From positions 50,158,001-50,222,000 of the forward strand of contig OX597826.1 of the NCBI GenBank assembly GCA_951406725.2: DNA of 64,000 nt. Direction: 5' to 3'. Each line of letters starts with the position of its first letter. Positions within the stretch are counted from its first letter, which is position 1. Positions 15,073 to 30,295 of the stretch are shown one piece after another. The translations under genes were made by a program, and so were the position numbers. This stretch comes from Octopus vulgaris. Lineage: Eukaryota. Under the pieces are notes generated by a model, which saw nothing but the letters and a program-made list of their open reading frames with translations, was not told where the DNA came from and made no database searches.

Positions 15073-15435
15073 ATAGTAGTAGGCAGCAGCAGCAGTAGCA
15101 GCATCAGTTCTACTACAACTATATCTCTAAACAATAAGAATGTTTATAAACAAGTAAACAACAGAATTAGGATTGTTAATTTTAACAGCCAAATCTCAAT
15201 GGAACAGTATAGAGTTACAACATTTATCATTGAGTCAAGATGTATGTAAAATGAGACTTTTTTTTTCTGTCACGTGACTTCATTGTTAAGTTACGGCTAC
15301 CACATTTCACGTCCCCTATCTCAGATCAATTCCGTATGTTTTGATAACAACATTATCAGAACACTTGTCCATTTTCATATATAAGATATTGTGACTAAAA
15401 GATATTGTGATATTTGGAAATATCTCCTTCTCTCC

Positions 15436-15488
<53 letters not shown>

Positions 15489-15582
15489 AGCACACACATA
15501 TATACAATTATTTATGCATACACACGCATATTTAAGCGTATGTTTGTATTTATATGTATACTATAATCGACTTCGTTGTGTG

Positions 15583-15629
<47 letters not shown>

Positions 15630-15700
15630 TGTATGTATGTATATATATATATATACACACACATTGTATGTATGTATATACATATATATATATATATATA

Positions 15701-15764
<64 letters not shown>

Positions 15765-15853
15765 CGTTTTTGGTTTTGGTTTGCAAGATTCTTTATGTCA
15801 ATTCGTGTGTTGAAGCATATTTTATTGTGTCTGGGAAGAGTCATTCTCTTTTT

Positions 15854-16025
15854 GTGCCTTATTATATAACACACTCACCGGTTCGAATTCCACTCATTCA
15901 CTTATTTATTTTTCCTAAAATTTTCGTTGCGTCTTGCAACCTTTTCAAAAGTCGGTGAGCTCTGATAACGGACAGGGTCAACGACTGAGTGGAAATCGAA
16001 CCGGTGAGTGTGTTAAATAAGGCAC
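15854..16025. mobile_element. ~170-bp fold-back element with ~40-bp inverted repeats (duplicated at ~22709-22880)
   Basis: GTGCCTTATTATATAACACACTCACCGGTTCGAATTCCACTCA versus TGAGTGGAAATCGAACCGGTGAGTGTGTTAAATAAGGCAC. Confidence 0.75.
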
Positions 16026-17592
16026 TTTTTTTGTTTTTGTTTTTTCGCCATGAAAGTTTGAATACAGAGGAGACAATACAGGACAGACAAATATGGGGTC
16101 GCATAAAGATATGGGGGTAAAAATTAGATGGAAATCGATGGATAATGAGTATGGAGAATAAGATGAAGTTAGAGACGTGAGGACCCAACAAGCCACGTAC
16201 CTTCACTGGACTTTTTGGAAGCCTGGGTGTTCGCGCTCAAGTTGACTCGTTCATTCGTATCAAGCGCGCCACTTCCTCCCTCTTGCTGCAAATTTACGCG
16301 GTGATCTATTATACCAAGGCTGGAGAGAAAAATGCCTGTTGCGATTACTCTCACACGTGTCAGCCATATGACCTCCTTCGCTGTAGCCACAAAGTTCCGT
16401 CTTTCCTTGTTGAGAAAAGACGGTGGAACAATCTTGATAATGGACTCGGTTGATAGCTGTACTCTTCCCGTGCATGACAGCAGGTGTTCGACATTAACCC
16501 ATAGCTCTGATATCCGTGGGCACTGCACAATCGCGTACAGAACAGTTTCACTGCTCTACTCGCATCTCGGCGTGGTGGAACTACCGTGTCTGAAGAGTTT
16601 ATCTCGAACGGGCAATCCCCTCGGTATCACTACCAGGCTAAGGATTTCTGCTAGTTGTCCATAGGCCCTGACCCGAAAGTCTTCCGGAACAGTATGGCAA
16701 ATTGACCATCATCGAAACCCAGGACGACATCACACTTGCCCGCTACTAACCCTCTATAGAAAGACGAGGTGGAACCCCGCTGCTCGCTTTGCTCGTTTGG
16801 GAGAGAAACAAGAGGGCCTGACGGCACTCTGCTTGCCAAGTACCCAACCTAGGTCTACGCCTGATCCACGGGTTCAGCTAACTAAAGGAGGTGAACTGTG
16901 GAAAAACAAGTTCAACGAATGGCGACCACACCTGCACGCCATCTAGGTAAAGCGAGAGGTGTCTCAGCTTCAGCGCATGCCTGCGCATCTTTAACCAAGG
17001 CTTCCCCAGCCCCCCATTTAGTGGCAGTTGACAGCAGATAGAACGTCTGACCAGTGGTTTCCTGCCCCTCCACAAAAAGCAGAAGAGCAGGCGTCCCAGC
17101 TTGAGCAGCCATGAATCCGAGCAAGGCACAACGGTTAGGCGGTAGGTGATGACAGATGCGATAAACACATTTTCCACCTCCGCCCTCCCTTTCAAAGACA
17201 GCTTTCTCTCAGCCCATTTCTAGGTGAGATTGGCTACTCTGCTCGTAACCTCGTCCCAGTTTCTCTCTATCTGGAGATCTGGTTCAAACTAGACCCAATC
17301 CGTCCGTTCAACGTCCCACGACGTTCTTGGGCGGCATCGGCCTGCCTCTCCAGGTGCCGTGTAGCAGGTCGACTGTCTTATCCTGGTTTATTTTTGCTCT
17401 CGTCACCACTTTGTAATCTTTCATGGCACCACCTACTTGTTGCAGGTGCGTGTCACTGGATACGATGACGGTGATGTCGTCCGCATACGCTGACACTGTC
17501 CTTCCGCACCCTAGATTATGCGGGATGCCACTCAGAGCCTCCATTTTCTGTAGTAATGGCTCCAGGGCCAGAACAAACAGAAGGGAGGAGAG
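16026..17592 (-). mobile_element. Tx1/L1-like LINE 3' half (copy in the duplicated segment, cut by the gap)
   Basis: LSSLLFVLALEPLL, AYADDITV, GGLG and C-terminal QCPRISELW; A-rich tail at 16026-16045. Confidence 0.85.
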
Positions 17593-17692
17593 NNNNNNNN
17601 NNNNNNNNNNNNNNNNNNNNNNNNNNNNNNNNNNNNNNNNNNNNNNNNNNNNNNNNNNNNNNNNNNNNNNNNNNNNNNNNNNNNNNNNNNNN
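17593..17692. other. Assembly gap (100 N)
   Basis: Run of exactly 100 N. Confidence 0.99.
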
Positions 17693-17930
17693 AAAACATT
17701 TGTATATGCTTTCTCTGCCATTAAAAATATATAAAAATATATATCTATACACACACATATATGTGGGTGTGTACATGCATGTAAAAGTATATATACACAC
17801 ATAGAGACAAACACACATATATATATATATATATAGTTAATCCCCCCACACACACACACACAAAAAAACGAAGAAAAAGCAACGCGAAGACGTGGTACAT
17901 GCAAAGCATTAGCAGACGCTCAGGGAATAC

Positions 17931-18005
<75 letters not shown>

Positions 18006-18325
18006 CATACATACATACATACATACATACATACATACATACATACATACATGCACGTATATCTATACATACATACATAACGATGAATAGCTTTGCGTAA
18101 ACCATGGTTCGTTTTGTTTTCTTACTTAATTATCATCTTATAATCATCTCATAATAATGACTTTTATGACTCGTATTACTACCTTAGTCAATCTAAATGT
18201 ATATATTTGTCGTTACCTGTCATAAATAGCCTTCTTCTATTTGCAATGTGCATTTTCGTTGATTTTTCATATTTTACCCTTACATTTCCACGTGTATTTT
18301 ATATTTTCTTTTCGTAAAATTTTTC

Positions 18326-18366
<41 letters not shown>

Positions 18367-19618
18367 TTATATCTGCATTTGATTAGGAAATTATCTACAG
18401 CTTAGATATAAGTCCTGTAAGTTTCTCATTAGTCCTCCATAGATATTCCTTACCCAAATTTTTTAAGACAGTCGCATCCGCTGTACAGCTGATTTCGACA
18501 ACGATGCATAACTGTTGCTCATTTTTCCATACACCAATATCTGGCGTGGTGTACTAATATATCAGGGTGCTGTTGCTATTGGAATGTCTCGTCTCCCTTC
18601 TCTGTTGAGACTCTCGCCTTCGGCTTCCTGCAATCGTACCCGCTCTATACGTGTTTTCGGTGGCATATTTACTCCTTTACTCTTTTACTTGGTTCAGTCA
18701 TTTGACTGCGGCCATGCTGGAGCACCGCCTTTAATCGAGCAACTCGACCCTGGGACTTATTCTTTTGTAAGCCCAGTACTTATTCTATCGGTCTCTTTTG
18801 CCGAACCGCTAAGTAACGGGGACATAAACACACCAGCATCGGTTGTCAAGCAATGCTAGTGGGACAAACACACACACACACACATACATATACATATATA
18901 CGACAGGCTTCTTTCAGTTTCCGTCTACCAAATCCACTCACAAGGCATTGGTCGACCCGGGGCTATAGCAGAAGACACTTGCTCAAGATGCCACGCAGTG
19001 GGACTGAACCCGGAACCATGTGGTTGGTTAGCAAGCTACTTACCACACAGCCACTCCTGCGCCTATTTGCTCAAAATTGCAAACAAAAAATTATGAAGAT
19101 AGAAAAAAACATACATTAATCTCTATTTTTGTAAGCATTTGTATGTATATAGCATGTCTGTATTTTTGTATGCAGAGTAAATTAACGAAATATAAGCAAA
19201 TGAACGAAATAGCACATGTATGGAACTGCTAATTTAACGGTAAATGCCACAATAATTATTATAGACAGACAAAGAATTTTATATTTTACCTTGCAACCTT
19301 GCAACTGCTGCGATAATTAAACTAGTAATGGAACAGTAAATGTGTATTGTTTTAAAGGAAATAAAATAAAATTTCGTACTGACTCTGGCCAACTTGCACT
19401 TCACGCTTGTCAGTTGTTAGGTATGTATGTGTAGACGTGTGTGTGTGTGTGTTTAATAATGTACCGCATATAGTATGTCTATATTTTTGCATGCAGTGTA
19501 AATTATTACAAAAAAAAATTACATGCAACACTCCTGGGGTCTCATAGTATTACCATGTAAAATTTAATTTGATTTGGTCGAACCGTTTTAGAAAACATTG
19601 GGAACAGAGATACAAAGG

Positions 19619-19685
<67 letters not shown>

Positions 19686-19703
19686 GGATATACATACATA
19701 TAC

Positions 19704-19761
<58 letters not shown>

Positions 19762-20672
19762 GTATATAGATATATATATATATATACTCTTTACTTGTTT
19801 CAGTCATTTGACTGTGGCCATGCTGGAGCACTGCCTTTAGTCGACCAAATCGAACCCAGGACTTATTCTTTGTAAGCCTAGTACTTATTCTATCGGTCTC
19901 TTTTGCCGAACCGCTAAGTTACGGGGACGTAAACACACCAGCATCGGTTGTCAAGCGATGTTGGGGGGGACAAACACAGACACACACATACATACATACA
20001 TACATACATACATACATACATACATACATACATACATACATTCATACATACATACATACATACATACATACATACATACATACATACATACATACATACA
20101 TACATCAGTTTCCTGTCTACCATATCCACACATGGATATGTAGTACTTGATATATTACAGAACAGGTGTAGAGGTCAGAGATAGAACGCCTTCTGTTAGG
20201 GCTCTGCTCCATTAGGGTTGAACTCGGAGTTAAACAACAATGAAGACATGTATGCTACCATTTCTATTTTGTTTTTATTTTTGTTCTTGTGTTTTTGTTT
20301 GTTTTGTTTTTGTTTCAGAACGGTTTTTTTTTTGTTTTTTGTTTTTTTGAAAAATTGATCATTTCTAACGTATCCTTATAGAGGATTGATGATTAAGCAT
20401 TAAAAAATATATACTCAATAAATAACATGTTTATTACATCTGGAGTAAATCCAGAAGAAACTAACTTGCATGTATCTTTTATCTTTTACTTGTTTCAATC
20501 AGTAGTCTGCGGCCATGCTGGGGCGCCCGCTGCCTTGAAGAATTTTTAGTCGAACAAATCGATCCCTCGTATTCTTTTTTTAGAGTCTAGTACTTATTGT
20601 ATCGGTCTCTTTTAGACGAACCGTTAACAATAGTGGAAGACAAACACAAACACAAACACACACACACGCATA

Positions 20673-20714
<42 letters not shown>

Positions 20715-21429
20715 CATATATATATATATACGCATTGAGTCGAACCAGGGGCAGCAGATGAAGGGGAATTTTCCTTGTATTGTTTGTCCTGTACTCTGTT
20801 TTTTCGTTGTTAAAAAAAAGTCCGTTTCCTTATTTGATTTTATGTTTTCGTTTCTCGTTGTGTTCTACGTTTATTTGTGGCGTCCTGTACTCATATATGC
20901 ATGTATATATACATATAGATGTAACTATGTACATTTATGTATGTATATATATGTATATGTTTTATTTATTATATATATATATATATATAAACGATGGGCT
21001 TGCCTACGAATTCCTCTCACAAGGCGTTTGTCAGCCCGGGGCTGTAGTTAAAAACACCTGCCTAGCGTGCCATGTAATGGAACTGAACTCAGAACCATGT
21101 GGTTCGGAAGGAAACTTCTTACCACACAACCACGCTTGCACCTAATATGTACATGATTGACTAAAACGATCTTAAAGCGTTACATATTTGGCATGGAAAC
21201 AAATTTCACATATAGTTCATACTTTAATTGTACTTAACAGCTGTTTCCTGAAGATAAACATCACTAAGTTTATAATTACATAATTGTGATGCGTAATTAA
21301 TTTAAATGCTGTGTTTATCCAAATCCTAAAGAATGTTATGTAATATATATATATATGCGTATTATATAAATATAAGTATGTGTGTGTGTACTTCATGTAT
21401 ATGTTGAGCTAGCTAACTCGCTAGGTGGT

Positions 21430-21527
<98 letters not shown>

Positions 21528-21877
21528 TGGTAATTAAAAGCTCATTAATAACAAGACGTTAGAAATAACCTACAATCTTGGTGTGTTGCAAAAATCGGTT
21601 TTACTTGCAACTGCACGCATGCTGCGTAAAATACTCTCCGCCTGAGGTCCCCGTTGTGGTTTGACACAATACACGCAATATCTTCGATCTACATCACAGT
21701 ATTGGACACTGTGAAACGTCTTCAATGATGATGATGATGAAATGGCGGTGCCCCAGCATGGCCACAGCTCATGAGCTGAAACTAAAATCAATCAATCAAT
21801 CATACGAAATAGCCCGGCTATAGAAAATGAAGAAGGTGAAGATAGTGCTAGTTATTGTTGGGTCCTTGGTGGTGGTG

Positions 21878-21937
<60 letters not shown>

Positions 21938-22300
21938 ATAGTAGTAGGCAGCAGCAGCAGTAGCAGCATCAGTTCTACTACAACTATATCTCTAAACAAT
22001 AAGAATGTTTATAAACAAGTAAACAACAGAATTAGGATTGTTAATTTTAACAGCCAAATCTCAATGGAACAGTATAGAGTTACAACATTTATCATTGAGT
22101 CAAGATGTATGTAAAATGAGACTTTTTTTTTCTGTCACGTGACTTCATTGTTAAGTTACGGCTACCACATTTCACGTCCCCTATCTCAGATCAATTCCGT
22201 ATGTTTTGATAACAACATTATCAGAACACTTGTCCATTTTCATATATAAGATATTGTGACTAAAAGATATTGTGATATTTGGAAATATCTCCTTCTCTCC

Positions 22301-22351
<51 letters not shown>

Positions 22352-22445
22352 AGCACACACATATATACAATTATTTATGCATACACACGCATATTTAAGC
22401 GTATGTTTGTATTTATATGTATACTATAATCGACTTCGTTGTGTG

Positions 22446-22490
<45 letters not shown>

Positions 22491-22561
22491 TGTATGTATG
22501 TATATATATATATATACACACACATTGTATGTATGTATATACATATATATATATATATATA

Positions 22562-22619
<58 letters not shown>

Positions 22620-24451
22620 CGTTTTTGGTTTTGGTTTGCAAGATTCTTTATGTCAATTCGTGTGTTGAAGCATATTTTATTGTGTCTGGGAAGAGTCATT
22701 CTCTTTTTGTGCCTTATTATATAACACACTCACCGGTTCGAATTCCACTCATTCACTTATTTATTTTTCCTAAAATTTTCGTTGCGTCTTGCAACCTTTT
22801 CAAAAGTCGGTGAGCTCTGATAACGGACAGGGTCAACGACTGAGTGGAAATCGAACCGGTGAGTGTGTTAAATAAGGCACTTTTTTTTTTGTTTTTGTTT
22901 TTTCGCCATGAAAGTTTGAATACAGAGGAGACAATACAGGACAGACAAATATGGGGTCGCATAAAGATATGGGGGTAAAAATTAGATGGAAATCGATGGA
23001 TAATGAGTATGGAGAATAAGATGAAGTTAGAGACGTGAGGACCCAACAAGCCACGTACCTTCACTGGACTTTTTGGAAGCCTGGGTGTTCGCGCTCAAGT
23101 TGACTCGTTCATTCGTATCAAGCGCGCCACTTCCTCCCTCTTGCTGCAAATTTACGCGGTGATCTATTATACCAAGGCTGGAGAGAAAAATGCCTGTTGC
23201 GATTACTCTCACACGTGTCAGCCATACGACCTCCTTCGCTATAGCCACAAAGTTCCGTCTTTCCTTGTTGAGAAAAGACGGTGGAACAATCTTGATAATG
23301 GACTCGGTTGATAGCTGTACTCTTCCCGTGCATGACAGCAGGTGTTCGACATTAACCCATAGCTCTGATATCCGTGGGCACTGCACAATCGCGTACAGAA
23401 CAGTTTCACTGCTCTACTCGCATCTCGGCGTGGTGGAACTACCGTGTCTGAAGAGTTTATCTCGAACGGGCAATCCCCTCGGTATCACTACCAGGCTAAG
23501 GATTTCTGCTAGTTGTCCATAGGCCCTGACCCGAAAGTCTTCCGGAACAGTATGGCAAATTGACCATCATCGAAACCCAGGACGACATCACACTTGCCCG
23601 CTACTAACCCTCTATAGAAAGACGAGGTGGAACCCCCGCTGCTCGCTTTGCTCGTTTGGGAGAGAAACAAGAGGGCCTGACGGCACTCTGCTTGCCAAGT
23701 ACCCAACCTAGGTCTACGCCTGATCCACGGGTTCAGCTAACTAAAGGAGGTGAACTGTGGAAAAACAAGTTCAACGAATGGCGACCACACCTGCACGCCA
23801 TCTAGGTAAAGCGAGAGGTGTCTCAGCTTCAGCGCATGCCTGCGCATCTTTAACCAAGGCTTCCCCAGCCCCCCATTTAGTGGCAGTTGACAGCAGATAG
23901 AACGTCTGACCAGTGGTTTCCTGCCCCTCCACAAAAAGCAGAAGAGCAGGCGTCCCAGCTTGAGCAGCCATGAATCCGAGCAAGGCACAACGGTTAGGCG
24001 GTAGGTGATGACAGATGCGATAAACACATTTTCCACCTCCGCCCTCCCTTTCAAAGACAGCTTTCTCTCAGCCCATTTCTAGGTGAGATTGGCTACTCTG
24101 CTCGTAACCTCGTCCCAGTTTCTCTCTATCTGGAGATCTGGTTCAAACTAGACCCAATCCGTCCGTTCAACGTCCCACGACGTTCTTGGGCGGCATCGGC
24201 CTGCCTCTCCAGGTGCCGTGTAGCAGGTCGACTGTCTTATCCTGGTTTATTTTTGCTCTCGTCACCACTTTGTAATCTTTCATGGCACCACCTACTTGTT
24301 GCAGGTGCGTGTCACTGGATACGATGACGGTGATGTCGTCCGCATATGCTGACACTGTCCTTCCGCACCCTAGATTATGCGGGATGCCACTCAGAGCCTC
24401 CATTTTCTGTAGTAATGGCTCCAGGGCCAGAACAAACAGAAGGGAGGAGAG
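17693..24451 (+). repeat. Copy 2 of the ~6.76-kb duplication
   Basis: Begins AAAACATTTGTATATGC (=10833) and matches through AGGGAGGAGAG (=17592). Confidence 0.95.
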
Positions 24452-25687
24452 CGGACATCCTTGGCGAACCAAACGCTTAATGGAGAACAGCTCTGAACGA
24501 AATCCGTTCACCCGAGCGACTGACTGAATGTTGCTGTAAAGAGCGATATACTTTGGCTAAAATCTTCAGCTCTACGTTGAGCAGAGTGACGGGCTTGAAA
24601 TTATCTAAGGAGTCCCCCTTTTTTGGATCCTTTCTTAGCAGCACCATGACTCCCTGGCTTACAGAACTAGGAATGCTCCCATTCTGCTGTCAGTTAGCCT
24701 AAATGCTACTAATAGGTGTCCAAACAAGTCTGGCATGTTGTAATAAAATTCGTAGCGTAGACCATCTATCCCCGGCGACTTGTCCCCGACGCAGCCCGAT
24801 AGGGCCTCTTCCTCCTCCGCAGCTGTGATCGACTCTTCACAGCACTCCGCTTCTCGGCTCGAGAGTCGCAGCATGTTGGATGCACTGCCTGCCCTCATTG
24901 CCTCTTCTAATGACCTGACTAATTTCCTTTCTACTCTATTTTTCTTAAGAACTACATCTTTGCTGAACCTAAATGACTCAAATTTTATGGCTCTTTTGAG
25001 AGTGTACCAACAGTTAAAATGGTGCTTGTTAACACCCTCTGGACTAACTTCCTAATCCGGTTATTGTAAGCATTACAGGCTAGGAGTGATTTGTTTAGCT
25101 TCCATTAACCGGAGTCCAGGCTAGGAAAGCCAGCTAAGTCTACCCTACAGGTCACGAATTTGTGATCTGTGTAGGTAACAATACTGAATTGTGGACAACT
25201 AAAACTATTGTTGTCAGTTACTCTAATAACTACCCTGTCTAAGAATACCTAGAAGACCCGTCGCTATTAGCCCATATCCACGTTGGATATGGGATAATAG
25301 TAATCCAATCTATATCGTCAGCCAGCTGGAAGCAACGGATCAGATATGTGAGACAAGAGTTCCCCTTTCTATTAGAATTTGAGCCAACACAATCTACACG
25401 CGTATCTAAGACTGTGTTAAAGTCAACTATTACGACTAAAGTGTGTGACGTTCCCAGGAAGTTCTCTAGTTGTCTGAAGTAGTCAGACTGTCCAGTTGCA
25501 CATGGTGCATAGACAGCTGTCACTCTGAAGGCATTGCAGCTGTTATACGACACGTCAAAGACGCCCAGTCTGCCCTCCGGGTCCACAACGATTGTTCTAA
25601 TCTCTAAATCCAAAATTTTTCCTGAATAAGACCGCAATTCCCCACCCATTCCCACCCTCAAACGGGCATGGGGAATTTGTATTTCTC

Positions 25688-26397
<710 letters not shown>

Positions 26398-26651
26398 CTT
26401 CAAGCCCCGACTTCAACTTCTTATAGGGACGAAAATTTTCGACGAATCTTGCCGGTAGTAATATCATTGATATCATATATATTATATTATATAACTAAAC
26501 TGCGGTCTGTAAACTTTACAGAGTCTTTCTGCATTCCTTAGCATAAACCATAAATATGAAAAACTTTTAATATATCTGTGAATTGCAGTCAATTTCGATG
26601 CTGCGGGTTCAATAGTAATTCAGTAAAATAAGAGTTGACGAAATTTCTCTA

Positions 26652-27070
26652 TAGGCGTAGGAGTGGCTGTGTGGTAAGTAGCTTGCTTACCAACCTCATG
26701 GTTCCGGGTTCAGTCCCACTGCGTGGCACCTTGTGTAAGTGTCTTCTACTATAGCCTCGGGCCGACCAAAGCCTTATGAGTGGATTTGGTAGATGGAAAC
26801 TGAAAGAAGCCCGTCGTATATATGTATGTATATATATGTGAGTGTGTGTGTGTGTGAGTGTATATGTTTGGTCCCCCAACATCACTTGACAACCGATGCT
26901 GGTGTGTTTACGTCCCCGTAACTTAGCGGTTCGGCAAAAGAGATCGATAGAATAAGTACTAGGCTTACAAAGAATAAGTCCTGGGGTCGATTTGCTCGAC
27001 TAAAAGCGGTGCTCCAGCATAGCCACAGTCAAATGACTGAAACAAGTAAAAGAGTAAAAGAGTAAAGAGT
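26652..27070 (+). mobile_element. SINE family A, full length (reference copy)
   Basis: AGGCGTAGGAGTGGCTGTGTGG (A box) ... GGTTCAGTCCC (B box) ... microsatellite ... GCGGTGCTCCAGCATAGCCACAGTCAAATGACTGAAAC + (AGTAAAAG)n tail. Confidence 0.93.
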
Positions 27071-28898
27071 AAGATTTTATTGTTTTACCGTCAAGTTTAT
27101 TATTTTACACACAAACTATTAACAAAAATTATATAAAACTTTTCTTTATACTTAATTCTTTTTAGATCCAATTTTTCAAAATATTTCAAAGAAAAATTTA
27201 ATCATTCTTACGAACCAAGTTCTTATGAAATATATGTAATGTATCTCATAAAATTGTATTTGTTAAATGCCATTTTCAACTCATTTCTTTTAAAGTACTG
27301 TCAATTTTGACGGTGTAGTTTGACGCGCATATGCCCTCACTCTCTCCCCCCTTCTCTCTCTCACAGACATTATATATCAAACATATATAGATACATGCAC
27401 ATCATACACATATATATGTACATATGCATATATATGTGCACACTCACACATACGCACGCACACACACACAAACATTTACAATTTAGCACATTCAGCCTCT
27501 AAGTTTCTTTCAGTTAAACTGTCTAATACACAAAAACTTTAAATACACGAAGAAAAATAGATTCATCAACGAAAACTGTGTCGATTAAATTCAAGAAAAT
27601 CCACCTTAGGTGTCCCATGCAATAGAACGAATATTTCTTTCTGTAAGGGACAACGATGGCTAGCAAATTTTCTTTGACAAACGTGAACAGAATCTAAGCA
27701 ACATTTCATTTTCAAATATGGATTTAAGTCAACAAATACATACAAAAAGTCTACTTTTACTTTAAAATCTTCAAATTTAAATTTTTTTTTTAATACAGTA
27801 TTTCAAAATATATTAACGTGAAATAAAAAAAAAAGATGCCTGGTAAAGATATCCATTTAATCAGATAATCCAAAGAGCTTTTATCGAATTGACAACAACA
27901 CCTATTGCAGAGCTTTAATAAGATTATCCTCCTCGAGCTAAATTTTACTTCAGTCATACATAGTAGCGAAATATTGTTTGAGCTACTCACAACTAAATAA
28001 ACCTTATTTTACTCTGAAGAACCATAAAGTTAGTCTTTACCATAAATTTTGTATTCGATTAATCAACCTCACGAAAACAGATATAGAAGCGATTAAGAAA
28101 CATTTACTCGACAAAATTAATCTTACCTTTATGGAATAACACCTAAGCAGAAACTGAATTGTTCAAATTAATCAGGAATAAGAATAGAACTAATTTTTTG
28201 CAGTTAATTAACGCGTTTAATTTCGCAATACCCATTAGCAATAACACTAACTCTTAAATAGACATTATACTACATGCAAGTAATTGCTAGTAAATTATAA
28301 CGATTTTATAGTATTTCGGGATGGTCATTTTTTTTCTTTTGCCAAATAAACACACGCACTATATATATTTTTTCTTCACTCATTTATTATTGTTCTTAAA
28401 CGATTTTACTTAGATCAAAAAACATTCTAGCATTCTGTTTGACGTAATCATAGAAGCTAATGATTCAACTGAAATCAATGATAATATTGGTCTTTATTTA
28501 GTGAACCATCTAAAAACCAAATTCTCTCATACTGAAGAGGGCATATATAGAAGAAGATGGTTTTTGACTCTTGCCTCTCAATAACGAATCAACTCCATAA
28601 CTTAATTTTAAGTTTGATACTTATGCTGTAGGTATCTTTTTGGTGAACCGCCAAGTTACGAATATGTAAACAAACCAAAACCTCTCGACATTTTCCAAAA
28701 TTGAGTAGCAAATACACATGCGTACCCATACATATATGTGCACATATATACATGAATATATATATACACATATACATATATACATATAATTATATGTGTA
28801 AATATATTTATAGTAATATGTTTGTATATGTGCGTGTGTGTATGTGTGTGCGTGTACGTATATGTATTTATGTATCTCTCTTTCCATTTCTCTTTCTT

Positions 28899-28929
<31 letters not shown>

Positions 28930-29659
28930 ATGTGTGTGTGTATGCATATGCATGTATATATGGAGGGGGCTATAAAGATAAATGAGGAAGAGGAGGAGGA
29001 GGGGACAGAAAGAGTAAAAGAAAAATTACGACAGAAAAAGGGAGTCTGTGAGTAGGAGGAGATGAAGAGACGTGGTATGATGGAGAGTGGGCAAGTGATG
29101 GAATTGGTGAGGGAGGTGTAAGGAGAGGGGTGAGCATGGACAAAGGTGATGAGTGGAGCAAAGGAACAAGTTGGAAAATGTTCAAAGGATGAGAAAGATG
29201 CGAGAGAAACGATAGAAAGAAAAAAAAATATAGAAAAATTTACCACGGTGAGAAGAGAGAGGGGGAGATGGGTGAGGGGGGAAAGTAGGAGGAGACAGAG
29301 ATGGAGAAATGGACAGGGATGAATTAAAGCAAAGAAAAGACAGCAGAGAGAGGAGGAGCAAGAGGCGGAGGAGGGGGTAAAAATAGAGGAAGAGAGAAAG
29401 AAAAAAGTGACACAGAGAAGAATTAATGAAATATAGAAGGAGAAGAGAGAGAAAGAGGATCATACACACACACTCACATACATACACACACACTGATTAA
29501 AGAAAGAAAAAGAGAAAAAGAAAGACAGACACACATACCGCCTCCACACACACACACACATACACAAAGATGAATTAATAAAAGAACGAGGAACAGAGAA
29601 TGACATACCTGCATAAGAACATGTATCTATGTCTATAATATATATATATATGTATGTAT

Positions 29660-29940
29660 GTAGTACGTATGTACATACATACATACATATATACACAACA
29701 CATACATATATACATGCATACATACATTCATACATACATACATGCATTCATACATACATACATACATACATACATACATACATACATGCATGCATACATA
29801 TATACATACATACATACATGCATGCATGCATACATACATACATACATAAATACATACATACATACATACATACATGCATACATACATACATACATGCATA
29901 CATACATACATTTATACATACATACATACATACATATATG

Positions 29941-29972
<32 letters not shown>

Positions 29973-30187
29973 CATACATGCATACATGCATACATACATA
30001 CATGCAACATACATGCATACATACATACATACATACATACACAACACATACATACATAGATACATACATACACACATACATACATACATACATACATACA
30101 TACATACACAACACATACATACATACATACATACATACATACATACATACATACATACATACATACATACGTACGTACATACATACA

Positions 30188-30218
<31 letters not shown>

Positions 30219-30295
30219 TACATACATACATACATACATACATACATACATACATACATACATACATACATACATGCATTCGTACGTACGTACAT
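29660..30295. repeat. Long degenerate (TACA)n microsatellite
   Basis: Direct reading; source of the HTYI/MYVC ORFs. Confidence 0.95.

Larger units (their letters stand above)
10833..17592 (+). repeat. Copy 1 of a ~6.76-kb near-identical duplication abutting the gap
   Basis: Matches 17693-24451 (offset ~6860) except for scattered SNPs and microsatellite length changes. Confidence 0.95.

Noticed and set aside
17308-17904. 198-aa ORF with RT motifs
   Set aside because: Chimeric across the N gap; the RT part belongs to the Tx1 relic.
26652-26730. tRNA gene candidates with A/B boxes
   Set aside because: These are SINE heads: no complete cloverleaf, and always followed by the SINE body.
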